The notes beneath the pieces were generated by a model. The model searched no databases. It was not told where the DNA came from and was given only the letters and a program-made list of their open reading frames with translations. A stretch of DNA of 9,232 bases from the NCBI GenBank assembly GCA_964035545.1, contig CAXIUT010000288.1, forward strand, positions 1 through 9,232, in the 5' to 3' direction. Below, piece by piece: positions 1-8,661 of this stretch; the first letter of the stretch is position 1; every line of letters begins with the position of its first letter. A program made the position numbers and the translations under genes. The stretch is from Bugula neritina (Eukaryota > Animalia > Bryozoa).

Positions 1-87
1 CCCAACCCCAACCCCAACCCCAACCCCAACCCCAACCCCAACCCCAACCCCAACCCCAACCCCAACCCCAACCCCAACCCCAACCCC
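1..87 (-). repeat. Left telomere, (CCCCAA)n
   Basis: Perfect C4A2 hexamer array from the first base, followed by AT-rich subtelomeric DNA. Same repeat as Tetrahymena (TTGGGG). Confidence 0.98.
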
Positions 88-195
88 ATAAATAAAATCT
101 CATATTTTTTTCTAATATTCACACAATAAAAGTCATTTTCGAATATGAAATCATAGATAATTTATTACAGATTGATATTAAACAAAACATAGAAG

Positions 196-822
196 TCATA
201 TCTATTTCCATTTCTTACTAAATAATTTTTTCTATAATTATCCAATCTTCTTCCTAGCATTATCCAAATCTTTTTCCATAGATTTCTTATCTTTCCTCAA
301 CTTCTGGCATTGAATCTCGTAGTTTTCACATACTTTGGTTGTTCTTTTGAGGATTTAGCTGAAAGTTGGTGGAATCCAGCTCGATTGATCCATGTTGTTC
401 GTGCTGAACTGTTGGCTATTATTTCTGAGAAATTCTTCAGGGAGGAGAGGCTAGGGGTGCGGTAGATTCAAAGATTGCATCATAATTATTTTTTATTTAC
501 CGCATCTCCCTTTTCTTACACTTTTTGAAGATATCTTATCACAGAGAGTTCTGTTGTCATTTTTATCTTTTTTGCTGCTGCTTCTTGATTTCTTGGTGCT
601 TTGTTGTCTGCTTCTTTTTTGTTTGGAATGGGTGGTCTGTGTGAGCATTTTTTATTCTAGTTTGTGGGGAAGGAAAACTCGTTTGGTGGTGAGGATAGCT
701 TGTTTATAGTTGCTGTGAGATTGATTGCCTCGAATAGAGGTGCTTCTTGCGTGTTTGAACATTTTAAAGGGAGGAGAGGTCGATTCTTTAATTGAAATAT
801 TGCTGATCGTGTTGCGCTTCAT
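196..822 (-). CDS. Hypothetical protein, 208 aa, basic Ser/Lys-rich N-half and probable C-terminal coiled coil
   Basis: ATG at 822 to TGA at 196-198, uninterrupted with TAR=Glu: MKRNTISNISIKESTSPPFK...CENYEIQCQKLRKDKKSMEKDLDNARKKIGELEKKLFSKKWKEI*. More GC-rich than the AT-rich flanks. No family recognised. Confidence 0.75.
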
Positions 823-951
823 TGATTTATCAATAATAATATTGAAGTCTAAATCCTAAATTAAATCATCAAAGTTTTATTTTAAGATAAGAGTTAATGC
901 TTAAGTTTAAAGTTATTATTTGTAAATTAATTAATATTAGACAATTGAGAA

Positions 952-1569
952 ATGTTTGACTACAATTCAATGATGGCGTTGAAGGAACTTGTGGCTGGAG
1001 AAGAGGAAGATCCAGATATGGTGGAAAATCCTTATAAGGGAAGTATGCTTAATCCTGGGCAGATAGGATAGGATGGCGAGAAGAAGGAAGTTGCAAAACC
1101 TCATGCTAAAATTGAAGCTAAAATTGGATAAAAATTTCAACCTAAAATGAAAAAATAAACAGTATAAGAACCAAAGAAACCAGCAGTAGATCCAAAACAC
1201 TAAATCTGGAGTGAGGCTGAAGTGGCAGATTTACCAGTGATAAAGCATGACCCTCGTAAGCAACCAGTCTTCGATTCTTTATACCGTCAGAAAGTGGGCA
1301 CTGAAGATATCTTTCTGGGCATAAATGGATCAGATCCTTCATCTAACTGTTGCCAGTAGATTACTTACAAGATCTAGTTGCCTGGAGCTGCGATGAAGGA
1401 TATTCAAATAGATTTGAATGAGAAGCAGATGGTGGTGCAGACTAAATAATTTTATTTGGTTCAGTATTTCCAGTATAAGACGGATCCTAAACAGACAAAA
1501 GCGAAGTTTATATCGGATAAGGGGATATTGGAATTGGTGATACCAATTTTGAGGAGTGATGATTTGTGA
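952..1569 (+). CDS. DNAAF6: Dynein axonemal assembly factor 6 (PIH1D3/Twister) homolog, 205 aa
   Basis: Intronless ATG-TGA ORF containing IWSEAEV...LYRQKVGTEDIFLGINGSDPSSNCCQEITYKIELPGAAMKDIQIDL... This matches the PIH1D3 signature as I recall it (RQxVGTEDIFLG...CCxELxxKIxLP...DIQID), followed by a C-terminal CS/HSP20-like segment (AKFISDKGILELVIPI). Confidence 0.92.
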
Positions 1570-1703
1570 CCTAAAGATATATTGTTCATCAGATATTCAA
1601 ATTATTATTTGATCATTTATACTACTACAATTATACTATTTCTATTATTTTGATTTTTAATGATACTACAAAATCCAATTCATAATACGTTATTTCGATA
1701 TAA

Positions 1704-2411
1704 ATGAACGATCTCTTCACTTTCAATTCAAGTCAGTTCCAAGCAATCAATCATCCACCTGTTCTACCACCTACTGTTCGTAGAAGAGTTATTAGAACTG
1801 TTTCAGGTAAAAGATAGTTATCACCATTGACGAATCCATCAACTTGTTCTGATAATCATAAATCTAATTAAAAAATTGGCAAAAAAGTCAGCTTTAAAGA
1901 GATCCAGAAAAGCAAATAACACAGTTTTGAAGAGTTAGGGAGTAAAATGAAAAGTATGTAAGATGGAATCGAGATGAAGGAGGAACGATTGACTCAAAGT
2001 ATGCATAAGTAGAGTCAACCTGCCATGAGAAACAAACCTTCTATTGATGAAGGGTTGGAGTAGAAGGGTTTAGATCAGGATGTAGTTCTTTTGAAGATGA
2101 TTCAGACTGAGGAAGAATGTGATAGACGACCTCGCTCAAAAAAAATGAAATCTGTAAAATTGACTCCTAAAGTTATTTGTCCTTTATCTGATCGTAAATT
2201 ACCAAAGGCTTTTAAAAATAACAATGTTAGTACTTTTTTGCCTCCAATTAACAGTTCAGGAAACAAAGGTAGCAAATAAATAAGAACAGATGAACGAGTA
2301 AAAACAAGGGTTCTTATGCATTGTTAGAATGAACTAGCGAAGAGAAGTCAGTATATGCAAGAAGTTGAGTTCCTAAAATGTCAAAGACATTCTTATACTC
2401 CAAAAATATGA
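1704..2411 (+). CDS. Hypothetical protein, 235 aa, Lys/Ser-rich, probably largely disordered
   Basis: ATG 1704 to TGA 2409-2411 in one frame with TAR=Glu (MNDLFTFNSSQFQAINHPPVLPPTVRRRVIR...EVEFLKCQRHSYTPKI*). Contains the track ORF 2091-2279 in frame. Flanked by AT-rich spacers. Confidence 0.75.
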
Positions 2412-2492
2412 CATATTTTGATTTAATTTACTTCATCCTAAATCTTAAAATATTAATCATATAAATGGAATAAAAGATTATAATAATCATGG

Positions 2493-4073
2493 TCATTCTA
2501 ATCCAAAGTGATTGTTTTAAACTGATAAGTAGACGATATATTTATCGAACGTTTATTTATCTGGATAGACTGGTAGTTCTAATCGATTGAAGCAGGTATG
2601 ACTTTTAGGATAGGGTTCAATTGAATTATATGTGACTTGTTTTATTTAAAAAAGTTGAAATTATCCTCGATTGCTCTATAGATATTTGAATCCTTGAAGT
2701 GGAACTCTAGTATTTCCTGTAACAAAGTTCAACATATTTTATAACTGTTCTTGATCCAAAGAATCGAGGTACTCCCAGAACCACTCGATAACAATATCTG
2801 TGGGTTCGTATCCTGTATATTTTATGTTTTGTTTGAGATCGGAGAGATCGATTTTTGATTTGCCGTTGATGATCATATCTAGTTCTTGTGGCTAGAATAC
2901 TGAGAGTAAATCATGGGGGATGATTTTGTAGATGCCGTATCTGAGGTTAACTATCATTTTTATTACTGATGATGTGCAGTAGTGTTTTATTCTTAATTAA
3001 TAAATTATGTACAGAAGTTGGATATACTATGATACGTTTGAGGAGTTGACCATGATATCGAAGCCATTTTATTTTAGTGGGATTGTCAGTTGGGTGCCGT
3101 GTTAGTCGAATTCATAAACACAGAAGTTTTGGGTCAGATCTGTTACTCTTACATCTTTTTATTTGTTTTATTTTGCTTGGTCAAGCATGTAGTTCCATCC
3201 TCTGTAAAACTATCCTCAATAAAAGAATACATCAGCATCGAATGAAAAGATATCATTCATTTGTATGGATTGACTGCAAATTTGTCTGAGTATCGTATAA
3301 TTAAGAAAACACTTCAAAGGTATTTTTTAAAATATGGCCTTCCCGATAACTATTCCTAATATTTTGGCAGCAACCTCAAAAAGTTACTTAACTTGCTCGT
3401 TGAAATTGAATTTATAAAATGTGCCAGAAGTGTGGCAAAGTGACAAAATTCCCAATTCTGGATTAAAAATCTATCTGATGCAGAGAGTCATCCATGATCT
3501 GAGTAGTCCTCCGGCATCTAGGGTATCGGCTGCATCTAGGAATTATATTTTGACTTATTTGTGGAAGTTTATTTTTTAGAATTGTGAGTTGCTGGACATG
3601 AGTATGTTGTTTCTATCGACTTTGAGGACATCTGATAGTTCTTTGTGGAATGGAATTCTATGCTTTTCTAAATTGATTCTGAACCAGATATATTTCTATT
3701 GAAAGCTACGAGTTTTTATAAATTTTGATTATTATTTACCGATCTAGCGTACTATTCTGTATTTGGGCTGACGAGTCCATTAGAACTATGTCCAAGTTTT
3801 GAAGTCTTTTGGGGTCTACATCATGTATTTATTACTTTTAGCTCAAAACTTTCATTAGGGACTTATACTATTTTGCCTTTAGTTAGTTTTGGGTTGTTTA
3901 TTGTAGGAACTGTTTCTGCTTTGAGTGTTGGATTTAAAATTGGTCTAAGATTGTTTATTTTGTGTTGATCTGCATTTATATCTGAGGGTATTGATAGTTT
4001 TACTGCTGAAGGTTTTGGTTGCTTCTCCTCCTGTATTTCTTGGAGGGGTATCATTTGAGCAACAGGTTCCCAT
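2493..4073 (-). CDS. HECT-domain E3 ubiquitin ligase, about 498 aa, four inferred introns (3982-4003, 3816-3835, 3210-3230, 2992-3012)
   Basis: HECT motifs: KVDRNNIL, EVKIEF...DAGGLLRSW, REIFNPELG, GKAIFE, VFEPQELDMIING, IEWFWEYL, LNFVTGNTRVPLQGF, and PKSHTCFNRLELP with the catalytic Cys codon at 2592-2594. Ends in FGLE* (TGA 2493-2495). The N-terminus MGTCCS joins the domain frame through two tiny GT-AG introns. Confidence 0.93.
2992..3012 (-). other. Inferred 21-nt intron (HECT intron 4)
   Basis: GTACATAATTTATTAATTAAG; AT-rich, 3n, no in-frame TGA. Removal gives NVSEYIQLLIKHY, which fits HECT spacing better. Confidence 0.6.
3210..3230 (-). other. Inferred 21-nt intron (HECT intron 3)
   Basis: GTATTCTTTTATTGAGGATAG carries an in-frame TGA inside the HECT domain. 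Removal gives SFDAD-FYRGWNYML. Confidence 0.88.
3816..3835 (-). other. Inferred 20-nt intron (HECT intron 2)
   Basis: GTAATAAATACATGATGTAG carries an in-frame TGA. Removal links the upstream frame (ESFELK) to the HECT frame (TPKDFKTW). Confidence 0.75.
3982..4003 (-). other. Inferred 22-nt intron (HECT intron 1)
   Basis: GTAAAACTATCAATACCCTCAG. Removal joins the MGTCCS...KTFS frame to the NINADQHK frame. Without it the gene would start at ATG 4054. Confidence 0.65.
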
Positions 4074-4479
4074 TTCTATGAAGGATTTAATATTATATAT
4101 CAAGGATAAAAAAGTTGATAAATAGATGTTAGCGTTTGATGATTAATTGTTCTAGATAAGTTTTTAGATCATATATTTGTTAATAAATATTGATATATGG
4201 TTCTATCTTGCAATAATATTTAATTTTATTGAAAAGTTAATGTTAACTATCAAATATTGATTATGCTAAACTTAATTTATATTCAAAGTGTTTCAAGGAT
4301 ATTAGCAGGCTAGTAAGACAACTAGCCTTTCTACAGTCAAATAAACAACCACAGAATATGATCATTTACATAGTAGTATAGATAGTTATTTTCTAATTAT
4401 TCATAAATATAAAATAAAATATATAAAATTAAAATACGTTAATTAATAATTTTTAATTAGATAAAATAAAGAGTCAAAT

Positions 4480-6427
4480 TCAGCATAATCTCTTGATTCC
4501 TGGAATTGGCAATGAGGCTTCAATAGCAAAACTTTTAGGCACAATTTTTGCCAATACTATTGAATCTTCACCACTCTAGCATATAACTTTGAATTGTCCG
4601 CGACCTCTATTCGGAGTCAGCAACTAAAAATTATTATCCTAGTATTACTCTTCATTAAAAGTCAAACCCAATTTTACTTTAGCTGTTGGTCCTATATGCG
4701 TAACGGTATATGCATATCCAGAATCGTAGATGATATCCATGCAGACCCACACATCAGTTTTCCCAAATATTCTTTGTTGATTTTATTTGTTGTTTCTGGC
4801 ATGATCTAGAAACATTCTATTGAGAAATTCTTCTTGGTTGAGGTTGGGTAGCTGAGTCATTTGTATGGCAGATGAGCAGTAGCAACTCAAAGTGGCCTCT
4901 TATGATGATTAGCGACCTGCCAATGATGAAAAGATGACATATTCTCCTGGATTCAGTTCGACTTATAAATTAACGTCGCAGTGGTTGCGGACTGATAGAG
5001 TTTAGACATAGCGATAGTCGTCTCCTTTGTAGTTGGATATTTTCTATGCGAGGATGATGGTTGAAGTGGCATATCTCGGTTCTGGTACTTCTATTCCTCT
5101 TGTATTTTATTGGGTCAATGCGATGGTAGCTTCGCCTCCTTTTGCTGATAGTTCTGTATAAATTGGTGTTGCTTTGGGATATGTGATCTATTCGTAGTAG
5201 TAGTTGGAGTGGTCGTCTATTTTGGCGATGTTGACTAATTGGAAATAATATAAAAATTATTACCAGAACATGAAGAAGATGCCATCGTTTTTATTGCTGT
5301 AGCCTAGTCGTTTTTTATCCATGCTTGATACTGATGACCAGAAATTGTGATCTTTGTCTGAGGCGCCTCCTCGCCACTATTTCTATCCCCAAGGATTTCT
5401 TATTTTTACTAGTTGTCTTGGCCTGTCGAATACACTTAGCTGATTTAAAGATGAACTACCACTGTATAGGCATGTGCTTCTACCAAATTCATCTATTAAA
5501 CCTATGGGTTGACATATGTTCCGCAGCAGATGACCCAATCTCGACGTTATGCTTCTATCATAGTTGAAAACAATTAGTTTGTTTAAGATTCGCTGCCATT
5601 TGTGAGATACTGGAAGGTAGGAGCAGCGCTATAGGCGTGAAGGACTTAATTAGGTAATCCACCTGAATGAACAAAGAAGTACCATCGATGGCTTAGTATG
5701 ATCCGTAGAGTTTGGCCCAGCATTTTTATAGAATCATCACCCATATCTACTATCCCTTTGCTGGGTTGGCTCCCATGATGTTGTGATCGTATTTGCTTAC
5801 AGGAAAATAATCATCGATGACTACTTCTTGATAGACTCCTTTGTGTAGAATTCTGCACATGTAGATGCCGTTTTTATTGACTTATAGACTGGGGAAGATA
5901 GTTTTGATTCTGTAATCTTTTTATGCTAGTCCAGCTATGGCACTCAGGAAGTAGCAGTCGCCGATTCTTCCTTGGAGGATGTCTGAGGGGTCGATGGACC
6001 CTCCGCCGATAAAAACAGGATTTTTTAGAATTTGATCTATTCTTTTCCAAATAACTTTCTCTGTGGTTCTTCCGAGTCCAAATGATCGTTGCTAGGGCGG
6101 GAAGTCAGGATCTGTCCATTTTTTATTGGTTGATGAATACTATTAGAGAAGTATTTGATAATTAGATTTTAGTACTTTTTTCATGACGAATTCTTAAAAT
6201 TCTGAGTTATGTGTTTTGATGAAGTTGAGGACATTATCAAGTTTTTTATGTTTTTGTCCGTTGTCTTTTTTACTCATTCGATCTATGACTCTTGATTTTG
6301 GTCCTGGATGGAACCCTTTGAGAACTATGTCTTTTTATTGGTTCAGTTATGAAAGTGAACTTGACATTTGGAAGATTTATAAGGCGTAGTCTCCTTTTTT
6401 TGGAGTTGTTTAGCAGCAAAAAAACAT
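4480..6427 (-). CDS. Calpain-family (peptidase C2, CysPc) cysteine protease, about 635 aa, two introns (5663-5682, 5440-5459)
   Basis: WTDPDFPP, WKR, DILQGRIGDCYFLSAIAGLAE (catalytic Cys codon 5954-5956), VVIDDYFP, EIWVMILEKCWAKLYGSYEAIDGG, HAYTVL (His), KIRNPWGEKEWRG (Asn), DGIFFMFWEEF. A later LNPGEYVIF resembles calpain domain III. ATG 6427, TGA 4480-4482. Confidence 0.95.
5440..5459 (-). other. 20-nt intron (calpain intron 2)
   Basis: GTAGTTCATCTTTAAATCAG. Removal is needed to connect HAYTV to LSVF...RNPWG in frame. Confidence 0.9.
5663..5682 (-). other. 20-nt intron (calpain intron 1)
   Basis: GTACTTCTTTGTTCATTCAG. Removal restores the conserved SYEAIDGG-LP motif and the reading frame. 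Confidence 0.92.
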
Positions 6428-6505
6428 TGATTATTTTTTGATTAGGGAAATATAAAATATTTTGAAAGCTGTTTTATCAAATAGTATGTTATAATATTAC
6501 TGGTA

Positions 6506-6600
6506 GGGGTTGGGGTTGGGGTTGGGGTTGGGGTTGGGGTTGGGGTTGGGGTTGGGGGTTGGGGTTGGGGTTGGGGTTGGGGTTGGGGTTGGGGTTGGGG
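6506..6600 (+). repeat. Internal telomeric tract (GGGGTT)n, 95 nt
   Basis: G4T2 array with one G5 unit at 6554-6558, oriented like a right chromosome end. No C4A2 partner follows it; the next base is the A of ATG 6601. Confidence 0.97.
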
Positions 6601-7485
6601 ATGGATATCTAAAGTCAAAAATACTATTCAGCTCTCTATGACCGAATTCTTTCTGAATTGGATCTATATCATATCATACCAGCATTGAAAGAATCACAAT
6701 AAAGAGCTCTCAGAAAAATAAATTGGGAATATATTAAACTAACTTTAAAAACAAGGAATCATAAATTTTATAAAAAAAATCCTTTCGATTGTGCTTTAAT
6801 GATATCGAAAGTATCTGGTCCAGTTCTCGCAAAATTAGTGCCTTTTCTTCTTTAATACGAGACCTTTATCAAATGTTTCTATATCTGGGACATCAATATG
6901 AACAAATAATTTTTTATAGAACTTAAAAAAAGTAGAAAACTAACAGGTCTTTTTTTTATAAATTGTAATATTGGAAATAGCTTAGCTCATAAACTTTTAT
7001 AAGCTCCTTTATAAAAACTTAAAAGTTTGTCTCTTACTAATGATCCAATAGATAACAAAGGGTTTAAACATTTGATGAAAGTTAGCTGTTCTTTTTTATC
7101 GACCTTAGAAATGAAAAGTACTAAATTGACAAGTGATAGTCTTAAACTTTGGCAAAAAAAATTAAGATATTAAAATCTATATGGAGTATCTTTATATTCA
7201 AGGAAAAAACAGTTTAATCATTGTCTTTTAATGAAATCTTTAACGCACTTTATTGACTTTAATCAAATAGGCTTGATATAAGTTGAACTAAGAGATGGTT
7301 TTCAAGAGGCTCCTTTTCTTTACTTAAACTATCTAGCTAAAATAAAAAATAGTCCCGATTAACTGACTTAATTTAAGATATTTATTAACGAAAGAGGATA
7401 ATAAAAGAGAGAAGAATTACCTTTTCTGAAAGAAAATAACTAAAATAATGTTCTGAAAAGAGCATTTGAGATTGTAACTTATTGA
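6601..7485 (+). CDS. Leucine-rich-repeat-like protein, paralog 1, 294 aa
   Basis: Uninterrupted ATG-TGA ORF with TAR=Glu (MDIESQKYYSALYDRILSELDLYHIIPALKE...). About three 26-aa units resemble RNI-like LRRs: LTGLFFINCNIGNSLAHKLLEAPLEK / LKSLSLTNDPIDNKGFKHLMKVSCSF / LSTLEMKSTKLTSDSLKLW. Collinear with paralog 2 along its whole length. Confidence 0.8.
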
Positions 7486-7711
7486 ATGATACTTTGATGT
7501 TTTATCTATTATTATGATTTATTTTTTAAAAGAAAGGATTTATTTACATTGTTTTATAATATTTTAGAAAAATTTGTTAACTCTTAATTGATTTAACAAT
7601 AACTTTTTAAATTAATTATTTTTGATGGTTAAAAGTTGAAGGATAAAAGTTATTTTGATGTACTATTTATGTTATAATAAATTTATTTTTTTTGAAGAAT
7701 ATTACTAGTGA

Positions 7712-8597
7712 ATGGATATTTAAAGTAAAATTTATTTTCTCGATCAACAAAGTCGATTATATTCTAAATGGGATCTTTACAATATCTTACCAGTTTTGAA
7801 AGAACCATAATAGATAGCTTTAAGTAAAATAAACAAATAAAATATTATAACAGCTCTGAAGTTGAAAAATTATTAATTTTGCAAAAAAGTACCTCAATAC
7901 AGTGAATATATAATAGTATCAAAAGTATCAAGTCCAGTTTTATCAAAACTAGTGCCTCTTATCCTTAAATACAATATACTCGTCGAAAATATTTAGATAT
8001 GGGACACAAATATCGGTTAATAATTTTTTATTGCTATCAAAGAGTGGTAGAACACCAAAAAGTTATGTTTTTACATGTTGTAATCTCGGAGATAACTTAG
8101 TTTATAAACTTCTTAAGAATCCTTTAGAAAACCTTAACAATTTGTTTGTTTTTTGTGATCCCATTAGTAATAAAGGATTTAAACAGTTGATGAAGATTAG
8201 CTGCCCAAATTTAAATGGCTTGTAGATGAAAAGTACTAACTTAACAATCGATAGTGTTAAACTTTGGCAGAAAATAAGATATGGGAAAAAGATTTGTTCT
8301 ATAGGATTTTTTTCAAAGAAGAAGCAGTTTAACCATTCTATATTTCTTAAATCATTAAATCATTTCATTGATTTTGATGAAGTAAATTTATTAATGATTG
8401 ATTTATGTCTGGGTTTTCGAGATTCTCCTTTTGTTTACTTAAACTATTTAGCTAAAATAAAAAATTCTATGAGTTTTACTCCTGAATTGTCGATTGTTCT
8501 TAATGAGGCGTGGCAGTAAAGGAGAGAATAATTACTTTTTATTTCAGGAGAAATACATAATAATCTTTCAAAGGCATACAATATTTATATTGATTGA
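7712..8597 (+). pseudogene. LRR-like paralog 2 with a one-base (+1) frameshift near 8068-8072 (pseudogene or sequencing error)
   Basis: Starts MDIESKIYF like paralog 1. Homology continues in the +1 frame (CCNLGDNL...KGFKQLMK...YLNYLAKIKNS...TGA 8595-8597). Span is 886 nt (3n+1), and the start frame hits TGA at 8156-8158. Confidence 0.65.
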
Positions 8598-8661
8598 ATG
8601 ATATCTTTTAATAACATCCTTTTTTATTTTTAAATGTAAAATAGTTTATTTTAACTTTACT

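Noticed and set aside
3210-3860. In-frame TGA codons in the HECT gene as Trp/Cys/Sec readthrough or an ambiguous stop code
   Set aside because: Each one lies inside a GT-AG mini-intron or outside the spliced frame. Conserved Trp uses TGG, and all genes terminate at TGA.
4335-4356. AGTCAAATAAACAACCACAG as a telomerase RNA template or a Tetrahymena Cbs-like element
   Set aside because: It lacks the CAACCCCAA template needed for G4T2 and does not match the Cbs core AAACCAACC exactly.
4051-4371. 106-codon minus-strand ORF (MEMIIFCGCLFDCRK...) under UAR=Glu
   Set aside because: With TGA as the only stop, ORFs of this length arise by chance in AT-rich DNA. Composition is intergenic-like, there is no recognisable motif, and it overlaps the HECT start.
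4624-4648. GTAATACTAGGATAATAATTTTTAG as a third calpain intron
   Set aside because: The frame reads through it without a stop (EEEYEDNNFEL) and continues to a sensible end. Removing 25 nt would shift the frame.
967-5567. Track ORFs 967-1200, 1142-1342, 3077-3289, 4594-4809 and 5325-5567
   Set aside because: They are antisense shadows of DNAAF6, the HECT ligase and calpain, produced by using the wrong genetic code. Track ORFs 2091-2279, 3863-4054, 8031-8225 and 8226-8519 are largely fragments of real genes.
8044-8062. 16- or 19-nt GT-AG intron that would repair the paralog 2 frameshift
   Set aside because: It is shorter than the other introns, and the segment aligns codon for codon with coding sequence in paralog 1. 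A single extra T is more parsimonious.
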